From: Macrostomum lignano
Lineage: Eukaryota
DNA length: 64,000 nucleotides
Reading direction: 5' to 3'
Assembly: GCA_002269645.1 (NCBI GenBank)
Contig: NIVC01000302.1
Coordinates: 502,303 to 566,302 of the forward strand
The notes under the pieces were generated by a model. It had not been told where the DNA came from. It saw only the letters and a program-made list of their open reading frames with translations, and made no database searches. A program made the position numbers and the translations under genes. Shown one piece after another: positions 12,421 to 24,276 of the stretch (the stretch's first letter is position 1; the number at the start of each line of letters is the position of its first letter).

Positions 12421-12543
12421 CCTGCACTGCTTCGGTGTGCAGCGCTGCGGGCACGCCGTGCGTTCATGGCAGCGACACGTCCAGCAGCGGTGGGGCCTGC
12501 GTTTGCACCTGCGCAAGCGGCTACTCAGGGCCGCAGTGCCAGT
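12421..12543 (+). CDS. EGF-like exon E
   Basis: tacag acceptor; CTASVCSAAGTPCVHGSDTSSSGGACVCTCASGYSGPQCQ has the EGF CxC..GYSG..C signature; donor T|gtgagt. Confidence 0.85.
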
Positions 12544-12659
12544 GTGAGTTTTGCGTCTTTGTTGCGTCTGCTAGCTTAGCAAAACTTTTAATGAGGCAGC
12601 TGCGCTACATTGGAAAGATGAAAGGCTTGTAAACTACTTTTTTTGGTTTCTATTGCATT

Positions 12660-12810
12660 TTCTAAGAAATTGACTCCAATTGGTACAGTCATTAGTGTCG
12701 ATTCTTAGAAAATGACTCCACTTTTTACAGCCATTAGAAAGGATTCTTAGAAACTGACTCTTTGTTACAGTCATTAGAGTGGATTCTTAGAAACTGACTC
12801 TTTGCTCACA
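12660..12810. repeat. ~39-bp tandem repeat, about 4 copies
   Basis: ATTCTTAGAAA(C)TGACTC recurs four times in the intron between exons E and F. Confidence 0.75.
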
Positions 12811-12903
12811 GCTTTTTAATTAAACTGAAAGGTAGTCTATTAAGAGCCAGAGCGAATGGTGAATTTCTTAGACAGCAAGCTCTTTCGCGTGGATCTATTC
12901 TAG

Positions 12904-12992
12904 TCGATACAAGTCAGCTGGACAATGGCATTCAGCTGCGCTTTGCTGGCGGAGTGCGGTCCTGCAGTTACTATCCGACACCCACGTATTTG
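12904..12992 (+). CDS. Exon F of the CAP/EGF gene
   Basis: ttctag acceptor, phase 1; (F)DTSQLDNGIQLRFAGGVRSCSYYPTPTYL; donor TTG|gtgaga, phase 0. Confidence 0.7.
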
Positions 12993-13129
12993 GTGAGAGA
13001 TAAAAATATAAATTTTAGCTGCCTTATGGGCCTACTTAAAGTAGCATTGATTGAACACGCTGATTAACTAGTTAACCAGTTACTAATAGAGAAGGGATCA
13101 GTGACAAGTCAATGAATGGCCCTAGGGGA

Positions 13130-13447
13130 AGAGAGGGAGTGACAAGTGATAAGCCAAGTCAAGTGACAAGTCAGTGCCTCAGAGGAATGGGAGGGAGTGA
13201 CAAGTCAATATCTCAAAGGAATGGGAGGGAGTGACAAGTCAGTGCCTGAGAGGAATGGGAGGGAGTGACAAGTCAAAGCCTCAAAGGAATGGGAGAGAGT
13301 GACAAGTCAATGCCTCAAAGGAACGGGAGGGAGTGACAAGTCAATGCCTCAAAGGAATGGGAGGGAGTGACAAGTCAATGCCTCAAAGGAATGGGAGGGA
13401 GTGACAAGTCAATGCCTCAAAGGAACGGGAGGGGGTGACAAGTCAAT
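13130..13447. repeat. 34-bp minisatellite (GAGTGACAAGTCAATGCCTCAAAGGAATGGGAGG)n
   Basis: About 9 units; period 34 (13331 to 13365). Confidence 0.92.
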
Positions 13448-13507
13448 GCGTAGGGTAGGGTAAAGGCATGTCAGATATCCAACCACCAGCCTCTCCTCCG
13501 TCCACAG

Positions 13508-13805
13508 TGGCAGAGCTCCCTCCAGTTACCCGTGCTCGCCTCAATCGCGGATATTCTCAACAAATTCTGCTCCGGTGACGACCTGGGATCGAATCTGACG
13601 GCCGCGGCAATCGCGGCGCTGTGCTGCCCGGACACCGGCGCCACGGCAGGCAACAGCCAGCTGTTCATCAATGCCAGCGACTTTGGCGTGGTGGCAGCCG
13701 ACAGCGGCTATTATCCGCTGCAGGAGGTGACAGGCGAGACCAAGGTGGTGCTGTACGCAAGGCGGAGATCCACTGACGCGTTCTGCAAGCGGGTGACTGC
13801 TTCCG
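13508..13805 (+). CDS. Exon G of the CAP/EGF gene
   Basis: ccacag acceptor, phase 0; in frame with ORF 13532 (WQSSLQLPVLASIADILNKFC...KRVTAS); donor G|gtgagg, phase 1. Confidence 0.8.
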
Positions 13806-13835
13806 GTGAGGAATACTCTCAGTTCTCCATTATCC

Positions 13836-14126
13836 ATGTACTTTGAGTTCTCCGTGTACTTTGAGTTCTCCTTGTACTTTGAGTTCTCCGTGTACTTTGA
13901 GTTCTCTATGTACTTTGAGTTCTCCGTGTACTTTGAGTTCTCCGTGTACTTTGAATTCTCCGTGTACTTTGAGGTCTCCGTGTACTTTGAGATCTCTATG
14001 TACTTTGAGTTCTCCGTGTACTTTGAGTTCACCGTGTACTTTGAATTCTCCGTGTACTTTGAGTTCTGTATGTACTTTGAGTTCTCCGTGTATTTTGAGT
14101 TCTTTATGTACTTTGAGTTCTCCATG
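13836..14126. repeat. 18-bp minisatellite (TGTACTTTGAGTTCTCCG)n
   Basis: About 16 units in the intron between exons G and H. Confidence 0.95.
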
Positions 14127-14327
14127 AACTTAGAGTTCGCGTGTCTCCAAACGGATTTTGTACAGATTTTTTCTTTTCTCCGTAGTTTAAATAGGGAACA
14201 ATTACGATATAGACAGACAAACTCAGTTGGGAAAAATCGTCTGAAAAGGTACACAAAAAGATGAAATGAAATGACATTTCCTGTAGTTGTTGTTCATGTT
14301 TAGTAAAACCAAAACCTTGCACTGCAG

Positions 14328-14680
14328 GCTCCGGCCAGTACCTGAACCTGTCCTCATTCGAGTCAATTCTACGGCTAGGCAACGCCAGTTTAGCTGGGAA
14401 CGGATCCGACCCAATTGGCTGCTGCGGCTATTATGCCACCGTGATTACATCGGCAAGAAATGCCACGGTGCAGTGGCCAACCTACTGCCTGGGCGGCGGC
14501 GGCGGCGGCGGTGGGGGTGGTGGATCAAGCAGCGGCAGCTCAGGCTCCGAAAGCAGCAGCGGCACCGGAAGTGGCCAGCTAACCAAAGTTGTCCTGGAGG
14601 CCGCCATCGGTGGCGGGATAGTCAGCTCGGCAGCGCTTCTGACCGTTTTGGGACTGGTCGTTGCGCTGGTTATTGTGTAA
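14328..14680 (+). CDS. Terminal exon H: Gly/Ser linker plus C-terminal hydrophobic segment (GPI signal or tail anchor)
   Basis: ctgcag acceptor, phase 1; open frame to TAA at 14680; ends ...AALLTVLGLVVALVIV* with no cytoplasmic tail. Confidence 0.8.
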
Positions 14681-14906
14681 GAGAAACTGGAGCCTTTGGT
14701 CTTGTGTATGATGTGTGCATGGTTCATGTACATGTAGTGCACATGCGAACCACAGAATTTCTTTCCACTAAAAGACGCAGAATCTGTCCTGATCATCTTG
14801 TACGAGGCGTGTCCAAAAGTGAGATTCGAACTCGTTACTTGATCAGCTTCAAAGTTGCCTGCGCTGCCTGCAAGCATGTAGAAGGGCCTTCGGCTGTGTC
14901 TTGCCT

Positions 14907-15137
14907 TAGTCTATGACTTATGGGCCATAGATTGCAAAAAGCCAAGCGAATTGATAAGAAGCCACCTACACTGAGAATCAATCGGTTTATACGTTGGCGT
15001 ACATTGGAACTAAAATGGCCGTCCCTCAATGCACAGACCAAACAGTCAGCTGGAGAGAGCTGGAAAAGTACCAGCTGGTCGATTCTCAGTTTTTTATCAC
15101 TTTGCTTGGCTTTTGTAGTCTATGGCCCATAGACTAT
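14907..15137. mobile_element. MITE with ~40-bp imperfect terminal inverted repeats
   Basis: TATGGGCCATAGATTGCAAAAAGCCAAGCG at 14919 mirrors CTTGGCTTTTGTAGTCTATGGCCCATA ending at 15131. Confidence 0.65.
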
Positions 15138-15167
15138 AAGGCAATCCACAGCCAAGGACTTAAATTA

Positions 15168-15530
15168 GGGGGGCCGTAGCCCAGCGGTAGCGCAGCTGCT
15201 CTGGTGTGCCAGCGACCCAGGCTCGATTCCAAGTGCAGTCACATTAATTTGGGGCTGAATTGGAATCTCGGCTTGGCTCTGCTCGTGCAATTAACGGCCT
15301 TGAGAGCCAACCCCCAAGGCGCAGTGAAGTGTACATGCCTAACGATAAATAAAGTTAGGGCCGCTGTACACTCCTGTGTGAGTGTGTGCCTGCGTACGTA
15401 TCCGCGCGCTTGTATGCCTGCTCAGGGGAGTCGGCGGAATGGGCAGTAATGCCTCTCGCCGGTTGTGTGCCTACGTCGCTTAAAGTGCGCCAGGGTGCAC
15501 ACAACCCCCCTGCCTCTAATAATAAAGAAA
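15168..15530 (+). mobile_element. tRNA-derived SINE, family B, with a structured 3' region
   Basis: GGGCCGTAGCCCAGCGGTAG (A box) and GGCTCGATTCC (B-box-like) in tRNA spacing; hairpins at 15433-15506; ends near TAATAATAA. Confidence 0.6.
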
Positions 15531-15715
15531 CAAGGTCTTTAATTGTTATGCAGGTTTGCGTAAACCTAGGTAAGTGCGAGATATCTACATATGTATGATG
15601 TATTTATTAAATATCTTATTTCTAAATCTGAGTGGATCGATCGATCAACCGGCCGGGTTTAACGCGTATCTTAATCTATATACCGGTAGAACATTGTTTA
15701 CTCGTCACGAGTAGA

Positions 15716-15995
15716 GGGTTTGTAGCCTAGTAGTTATAAAGCGTCGCGGACTCACAATGAAAAGGTCGGGGGTTCGATTCTCAGAATAATTGGTCTTTGA
15801 GCAAGACACTTAACTCTGCATTGCTTCAGTTCACCCAAGCTGTGAAATAGCAATAGGTACCAGCTTAGCTGAGGTAATCGAGGGCGATGTGGCGAACCCC
15901 CGTCCTTGGACTAAACAGCCGTACGCGGATGCGCGCCGCGCAATAGCTGCGACTGTATATACACATCTACTCATTGGGGCAGGTGTACAGTGTAA
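15716..15995 (+). mobile_element. tRNA-derived SINE, family A (CORE/MIR-like central domain)
   Basis: TAGCCTAGTAG A box, GGTTCGATTC B box, then TTGAGCAAGACACTTAACTCTGC...CACCCAAGCTGTGAAAT; second copy at 28418-28750. Confidence 0.8.
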
Positions 15996-16579
15996 TAACA
16001 AACTCGAAGACAATTGGTGCTGCAACCGCCGTCGAATGAGGCCAATTACCTGCCATCGGTCGCTTCACAGTCGCGATCATCACAGTTTTCTAATTTTTTG
16101 AGTACGAACATTAGATGATCGCCCAATCCTCATTCTGCAGCCCGAAAATCCGAGCAGCCACTTCAGCATCGGTCGTCAGCCCGTCGATCAACAAGAAGCC
16201 GGGGGAGGCGGCGGACCCGGATCCGCAGAGACCGACGACTCCGCCGCCAGAATTTGCCAACGCTGGCGATCAAGGAGGCGAAGCCCCTGGGCAGCAGCAA
16301 GACCAGCCCGCCGTGTTCAATGCGCCCGGACCGCTAATGGGGATGCCATTCATACCGGACTCTGGCAACGACCCGCTGCCTTCGTTTCTATGGAGACCGC
16401 CGGTGTAGCTTAAAGTAGTACCCAATTGACTGATTAAGCTAATTGGAGCTTCTAGGAGAACAGCTTAAAGACCATGCAGTCGGTAATCTGTCCTGGACGT
16501 CAAAAGTCGACTAACAATAGCCCTTCGTAGATGCAAGAAAAATTTCTCACCCCCTGTAAAAATCCTGGCTAAAAATATC

Positions 16580-16780
16580 ACCAACTGAAAGATCGAATCC
16601 AAAAATCTCACCCTTTAAGAGATCGAAGCCACAAATCTCACCCCTTACAGATCCAAGCCACAAATCTCACCCCTTACAGATCCGAGCCACAAATCCCACC
16701 ACCTACAGATCCAAGCCACAAATCTCACCCCTTACAGATCCGAGCCACAAATCTCACCCCTTACAGACCAAAGCCGCAAA
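16580..16780. repeat. 29-bp variant of the AAGCCACAAATCTCAC satellite
   Basis: About 6 units GATCCAAGCCACAAATCTCACCCCTTACA; shares its core with the 28-bp array. Confidence 0.85.
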
Positions 16781-17426
16781 TCGAACTCGTCTGGAGAAAA
16801 ATGAAGTTATTGACAATGAGTTCCAAATAATTTCAACTACCAATGACTTCCACCTCAAATATTAGCAAGCAGTGAGTAGATAGCCTGTTGGTTCAAACCC
16901 TCCGTGATGTTGCTTGAATTAAAATGTTACTCTATTGGAATAAAATATTGCCTATAAATATATTATTACTCTTTGTTTTACGATTTGTTGATGCTGATAC
17001 CCCCAAACTTTACACTTAAGCTGGCCGAATAAAAAATATATGTATTTCAATATTCTGTGTCAGCAACAATCAGTTTTGACAAACAAAAAAGTCACTGCAG
17101 TTGTTTTAACTAACAAAAACAAGTTATAATATAATATCTGATTTTCCCGTGCACAGTATATCAACATTCCGGACAATTTATATTTATTAACTATTCGAAA
17201 TTGAACTCAAAACGTTTTCACCAGCACTGAATAAAGAGCAAATAAGACAAGGCTTCGAAATCGATGAGATGGAGTATTGGAGTAATATTTAAGACCGAAA
17301 CTGGATACAGTAACACCGCAGCAAAGGCTCACTAGCCGATTTAAAGGTACAATAACTGCCAGAGTGCCCGAAAATATTGTAAACTGCTAACTGCTTCTAA
17401 CCGACTCGCATCAACATCCAAAAAAC

Positions 17427-20116
17427 CTCACAGTTGAACATAAAAGCCACAAATCTCACAGCTGAGGATCGAAGCCACAAATCTCACAGCTGGAGATGAA
17501 AGCCACAAATCTCACAGCTGAGGATCGAAGCCACAAATCTCACAGCTGAGGATCGAAGCCACAAATCTCACAGTTAAACATAAAAGCCACAAATCTCACA
17601 GCTGAGGATCGAAGCCACAAATCTCACAGTTAAACATAAAAGCCACAAATCTCACAGCTGAGGATCGAAGCCACAAATCTCACAGCTGAGGATCGAAGCC
17701 ACAAATCTCACAGCTGAGGATCGAAGCCACAAATCTCACAGCTGAGGATCGAAGCCACAAATCTCACAGCTGAGGATCGAAGTCACAAATCTCACAGCTG
17801 AGGATCGAAGCCACAAATCTCACAGTTAAACATAAAAGCCACAAATCTCACAGCTGAGGATCGAAGCCACAAATCTCACAGCTGAGGATCGAAGCCACAA
17901 ATCTCACAGCTGAGGATCGAAGCCACAATCTCACAGCTGAGGATCGAAGCCACAAATCTCACAGCTGAGGATCGAAGCCACAATCTCACAGCTGAGGATC
18001 GAAGCCACAAATCTCACAGTTAAACATAAAAGCCACAAATCTCACAGCTGAGGATCGAAGCCACAAATCTCACAGTTAAACATAAAAGCCACAAATCTCA
18101 CAGCTGAGGATCGAAGCCACAAATCTCACAGCTGAGGATCGAAGCCACAATCTCACAGCTGAGGATCGAAGCCACAAATCTCACAGCTGAGGATCGAAGC
18201 CACAATCTCACAGCTGAGGATCGAAGTCACAAATCTCACAGTTAAACATAAAAGCCACAAATCTCACAGCTGAGGATCGAAGCCACAATCTCACAGCTGA
18301 GGATCGAAGCCACAAATCTCACAGCTGAGGATCGAAGTCACAAATCTCACAGCTGAGGATCGAAGCCACAAATCTCACAGTTAAACATAAAAGCCACAAA
18401 TCTCACAGCTGAGGATCGAAGCCACAAATCTCACAGCTGAGGATCGAAGCCACAAATCTCACAGCTGAGGATCGAAGCCACAATCTCACAGCTGAGGATC
18501 GAAGCCACAAATCTCACAGCTGAGGATCGAAGCCACAAATCTCACAGCTGAGGATCGAAGCCACAATCTCACAGCTGAGGATCGAAGCCACAAATCTCAC
18601 AGTTAAACATAAAAGCCACAAATCTCACAGCTGAGGATCGAAGCCACAAATCTCACAGTTAAACATAAAAGCCACAAATCTCACAGCTGAGGATCGAAGC
18701 CACAAATCTCACAGCTGAGGATCGAAGCCACAATCTCACAGCTGAGGATCGAAGCCACAAATCTCACAGCTGAGGATCGAAGCCACAATCTCACAGCTGA
18801 GGATCGAAGTCACAAATCTCACAGTTAAACATAAAAGCCACAAATCTCACAGCTGAGGATCGAAGCCACAAATCTCACAGCTGAGGATCGAAGCCACAAA
18901 TCTCACAGCTGAGGATCGAAGCCACAAATCTCACAGCTGAGGATCGAAGTCACAAATCTCACAGTTAAACATAAAAGCCACAAATCTCACAGCTGAGGAT
19001 CGAAGCCACAATCTCACAGCTGAGGATCGAAGCCACAAATCTCACAGCTGAGGATCGAAGCCACAATCTCACAGCTGAGGATCGAAGCCACAAATCTCAC
19101 AGCTGAGGATCGAAGTCACAAATCTCACAGCTGAGGATCGAAGCCACAATCTCACAGCTGAGGATCGAAGCCACAAATCTCACAGTTAAACATAAAAGCC
19201 ACAAATCTCACAGCTGAGGATCGAAGCCACAAATCTCACAGTTAAACATAAAAGCCACAAATCTCACAGCTGAGGATCGAAGCCACAATCTCACAGCTGA
19301 GGATCGAAGCCACAAATCTCACAGCTGAGGATCGAAGCCACAATCTCACAGCTGAGGATCGAAGCCACAAATCTCACAGCTGGAGATGAAAGTCACAAAT
19401 CTCACAGCTGAGGATCGAAGCCACAAATCTCACAGCTGAGGATCGAAGCCACAAATCTCACAGTTAAACATAAAAGCCACAAATCTCACAGCTGAGGATC
19501 GAAGCCACAAATCTCACAGTTAAACATAAAAGCCACAAATCTCACAGCTGGAGATGAAAGTCACAAATCTCACAGCTGAGGATCGAAGCCACAAATCTCA
19601 CAGTTGAGGATCGAAGCCACAAATCTCACAGTTAAACATAAAAGCCACAAATCTCACAGCTGGAGATGAAAGTCACAAATCTCACAGCTGAGGATCGAAG
19701 CCACAAATCTCACAGCTGAGGATCGAAGCCACAAATCTCACAGTTAAACATAAAAGCCACAAATCTCACAGCTGAGGATCGAAGCCACAAATCTCACAGT
19801 TAAACATAAAAGCCACAAATCTCACAGCTGAGGATCGAAGCCACAAATCTCACAGTTAAACATAAAAGCCACAAATCTCACAGCTGAGGATCGAAGCCAC
19901 AAATCTCACAGTTAAACATAAAAGCCACAAATCTCACAGCTGAGGATCGAAGCCACAAATCTCACAGTTAAACATAAAAGCCACAAATCTCACAGCTGAG
20001 GATCGAAGCCACAAATCTCACAGTTAAACATAAAAGCCACAAATCTCACAGCTGAGGATCGAAGCCACAAATCTCACAGTTAAACATAAAAGCCACAAAT
20101 CTCACAGCTGGAGATC
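17427..20116. repeat. 28-bp satellite, about 96 units, two interleaved unit types
   Basis: Type A GAAGCCACAAATCTCACAGCTGAGGATC; type B AAAGCCACAAATCTCACAGTTAAACATA. Confidence 0.97.
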
Positions 20117-20460
20117 GCACCCAGGTCTTAAGACTCCGAAGCCGGACAATTTAGATAAAAGCAACAACCAATTAAACAGCAAGTTTATTGCAGTTTGACA
20201 GCAAATATGCACTGAATAGATAACTTATACCCATCCACTTAACAGCTTCACTTCTGACAATGAATTCTCAGCTTATATTTGCCATTCAGACACTTAAGCA
20301 TTCAACTGGTGTACATATTTGAGCCCAACATTGCCACATAAAGTTCACCCGCCAGCAGTCAAGTTCATGCAGCACAAGACATGGACAATCAATCAGTCAG
20401 CAACCACCTTCATACACAGAGCAATGCCCTCATTATCCAGCTATTCTCCCTAACACAGTG

Positions 20461-21162
20461 TCACGTGGCCTTGGCCCTCTGCGCAGCTCTCCTGCCCACC
20501 TGGGCCTGAAATCCAGACTTGATGCTGGCAACTGAGCACCGACTGCCGCAGGTGCTGCACTGCAGGAAGAACAGCCGAGTCTCCTTAACGAGCTCAGTGT
20601 CGTGAGACCGGCACGTGTGGCACATCACGTACTCCTTGATGTACGAGCGCAGCACCGATTCAATGTTCTTAGTCTGGAATCTGCCCTTAATAATGAGCTG
20701 GTTGTTCCCATCAACCGACCCGGTGGTGCCCAGCTCAGTTAGAAGGTAAGCCAACAGGTGGTCCGGCTTCCTTCGAATCTGCTTGCTGATCTCCGTGAAG
20801 TTGGCAAAGGCGGTCTTCTTGGTTCCAACTCGCATCAGAGACGGAGGCTTCATCACCACCTTCTTCTTCTCCGACAGCATATCCGGGTTCCGCTCCATCA
20901 TGGCGCGGAAGGCCCGGCTGAGCAGCTCGCTGTAGCTGTAATCCTTGTCCTCGCTTCCATCTCCCTCCACAGCTGACGCCGCGCCTTGGCCTCCGTCCTC
21001 CTCAGGCTGCTCAGCCGTCGCCGCGGGTCGCTCCTTCGGCGGCTTCTTCTTCTTCTTTGTTTCGAGGTTAAAGTCTGCTTCAAGCTCCTCATCCACTGCT
21101 GGGGTCTCCTCGGCCAGCTCCTTCTTCTTATTCTTCTTCTTTTTTATGCTCGGGTCGAACAT
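20461..21162 (-). CDS. EIF2S2: Translation initiation factor eIF2 beta subunit, main exon (copy 1)
   Basis: Poly-Lys boxes, core [11 protein letters not shown]...[18 protein letters not shown]...[14 protein letters not shown], and C4 zinc finger CHTC...CSTC; ATG directly follows a cgcag acceptor. Confidence 0.93.
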   Translation of the reverse strand: MFDPSIKKKKNKKKELAEETPAVDEELEADFNLETKKKKKPPKERPAATAEQPEEDGGQGAASAVEGDGSEDKDYSYSELLSRAFRAMMERNPDMLSEKKKVVMKPPSLMRVGTKKTAFANFTEISKQIRRKPDHLLAYLLTELGTTGSVDGNNQLIIKGRFQTKNIESVLRSYIKEYVMCHTCRSHDTELVKETRLFFLQCSTCGSRCSVASIKSGFQAQVGRRAAQRAKAT

Positions 21163-22599
21163 CTGCGCGAGTCAAACAGGGGAGTGAAAGGCATTGCAAA
21201 CAAAGAGCAACGAACGAAGATTAGCGACGAAAAGCATAGATTGATAATCGACACTATTGACAGAGGCGATAACAATAGAAGCATTGCCAACTTAGCACAC
21301 AGGCAAGAATTCGCACAGGCTGTATCGCTGGGGAGGTGATTATGTAACTTAATGAAGTCTAAACATACAAAAAAATTTTTGTCATGTGCTTCTTTATATG
21401 CAGGTTTTGTTAAGTGAACTTTTTCTTGCTGAACCTTGTTCTATATTGTAACTTTTTCATATGGAGCTTCCTGGTTGGTTTGGTTGGAGGCATGCATGAA
21501 ATAAATGAAAAGGCCAAGCAAGATAGTGCTTAAATGATTTCTCCAAGGAATTAATTGCCTGCGGGTTTGACATACTCTTTACTATAGACAACTAGCAGTG
21601 AGGCTCAAAATGCATGTGTTTTTGCTATCTTTCTAATGTAAGACATACTATTTGTAATGTGAGCACTTAACAATAGCTTTGCAATATGATTATATTGCAA
21701 CTAGCAATAGAACCAAATAAATGGTTGAAGGGTAAGCTAAAAATAATATCATAATATTCTAGAAGATGAACTAAACTAGATTGGATTTGTTCATGCTATG
21801 TGTAAATTTGAAGAGTAAAAAATACTTAGAGTCTATGGCTTCTATCTATAGCTTTTTCTATGAATTTTATCTATGGCCCAAAAACAAGCATGCAACATTC
21901 TAGCAAGAAGCAGTATAAATATAGTAAATATTGATTCAATAATTGGTTCACTTATTAGCTAATTTAAATGCCAGTTCAAGATGTATCTATGATGCTTTTT
22001 GATACCAATGTCATTTTGCCTATATCTAAAAATGCAAACTTCAAAACTATTTTTGTAAATAAGCATAAAATGACATGGCTTAAAAGATGTCTTTGGTACA
22101 AAGTTAGACTATTAGACAAATGGGTAGACTTAGTGAGTGGTTAGTCAAAGAAGATAGATATGCCTACTATGCCTTCATTACTGCAGCTTATATATATATA
22201 TATAGGACTGTCTATTCATCAGTTTTACTAATTAGTAATTGATTGTCTATTGTTTTAAAATGTATCAATATTTTCATTGAATATGTTGCTGTTATTTAGT
22301 ATTTATCATTAAACCAAATACTAGAGACAATAATTTTTAATATCAAAATTAAAAGTAATTTTTAGTAAAAATTGGCTTTTGTAATTGAAAAATCATTAAT
22401 TTTGTAGGCATTCTTTTGTTTTACAATCCCTGATAAGGTCAAGTTTTGTCTTACGATCCCCATTAAAAAGAGTCAAAAAAGACACTTTAGTTTATCAAAA
22501 AGTATGTTTCACATTTATTTTCCAAGAACAAAATCATTGCAACTCACTTTCCAGTCAACCTAATTCATCACTGCAACTCACTTTTCAATCAACTTGAGG

Positions 22600-23330
22600 A
22601 TCGTGGGCATAGCATTAGTTATGAAAGCACATAGCTTATATTCACTTTCGTCATATGATCATTTAAATGGTGAACTTATATGTTCTTATATTATCTTAAC
22701 TTATATTATATTCACAAGACAAAACTGAAAGAGCTTGTAGGTTTTGAATTATGATCACCACATTGATAGAATTATATTAAAGGGATTGTATGACGAAAGT
22801 AAATGGATTACACATTACATCCCTGGTGAAGTTGCACTAGTTCACGGCAACTTAAGATACGAACTGCTACATTGATCTCCATCATTGATCTACAGGGTTC
22901 AAGAATAAAATTGTATTCATTATAAGATTCACAAGCGCCACCCCCCTCACTTTTGTCATAAAATCCCCCCAGTTCATTAGACCTATGTGTTATATTGAGG
23001 GGTGAACGTATGACGAAAATGAAGGGGGGCATAGGGCGGCGGCGGTGCCCAAAAAGGCATACAAAAAGAGCCATGTAAAAAGAGCCAGGGGGCTTTCAGT
23101 TTGTAGACATATTAGAGGCTGCAATTGATTGTTTGGTTGAAACGTCTATTATAGTGACAATTTCCTACCATTTTGTCATACAATCTTTGCAATACAATTT
23201 TACTATTGGTGTGATTGTAAGTCAAAATCTACAAGCTCTTTTGGTTTCGTCTTGCAATTATCTGCATATAAATTCACCATTTAAATGATCGCATAACAAA
23301 AGTAAATATAAGGATAGGCTTCTAACTTCT
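22600..23330. mobile_element. Old foldback/MITE-like element with long imperfect inverted arms
   Basis: ATCATTTAAATGGTGAACTTATATG...AAGAGCTTGTAG (22655-22745) mirrors CTACAAGCTCTT...CATATAAATTCACCATTTAAATGATC (23230-23290); repeated GTATGACGAA/TTGTCATA motifs. Confidence 0.6.
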
Positions 23331-24276
23331 ATAAGACACAATATTTTATATTAAAATGACACAGAAGTGGTCCCATTTTGAAGTTTGATTTTAAGAGCAA
23401 TTTTCTGTCCTCTGTGGGGGATTGTATAACGAAAGTCCCGACTCCCATAGGGACAGTGCTAAGTGATCATAAAATGAAAGAATGCCATTTTGTAAATTAA
23501 AGATATACATTTTTAGGCTAATCTAAAGGCACATTAACTTGCTTGAGCACATTGACATGTACAATGGGGTATGGTCAAAATTGTTATATTCTAAATTATC
23601 ATATAAAGATGAAAACTTGGTTGGGGCAATCCATAAGATGTTAACATTTGAATATCACGAATTCATTAAGTTTCTTGAAAATGAAACCAAATGAAACAAA
23701 AAATATAGGACCCTAGAATAAGTTGAAGCAAATTTTTATAATAGCTAAAAAATAATATAACTTGATTCAAGTTTAAAAAATACATCTGCTTCTAATTATA
23801 GAGTTAGGCCCTAGCCTATCAAACCATTTCAAGGCAATCTTTCTATCATTCTTAATTAAAACTTAAATATTCAGTTAGACTATTAGTATTAACTTTAATA
23901 TAGGAATTAGTACAAGGCTTTTATAGGCCTATCTTTTAAGTGAATGGTATGAATGTAATTTACAGTTGAAAATCATTTTGTTGGCAAATAAGAACATATT
24001 GCTGCTATGAGAGCCCATATCCTTGCGCAGCCAATGAAATATAATATAATGATTTAGTGAATGCAGTATTGCCTAATGCTAAGACAATCATGATTTATAT
24101 AATTTAGTTGTTTTTCTTGTAACCAAATATGACAATCTCAAATATGATGACTTCAGCCAGAGCCATGCACTGGGTTTTTTTTTTCGCCAGAGATAAGGTG
24201 CGAAATCGCACCTTGTGCCAAATTTCAAGGTGCGATTTTAAGGATCAGAGTGCAATTTCTCTTGAGTCTTGTTTAG

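Noticed and set aside
13541-14264. ENSKYT repeat ORF (237 aa) and its antisense
   Set aside because: An 18-bp array lying between a valid donor (13806) and acceptor (14327).
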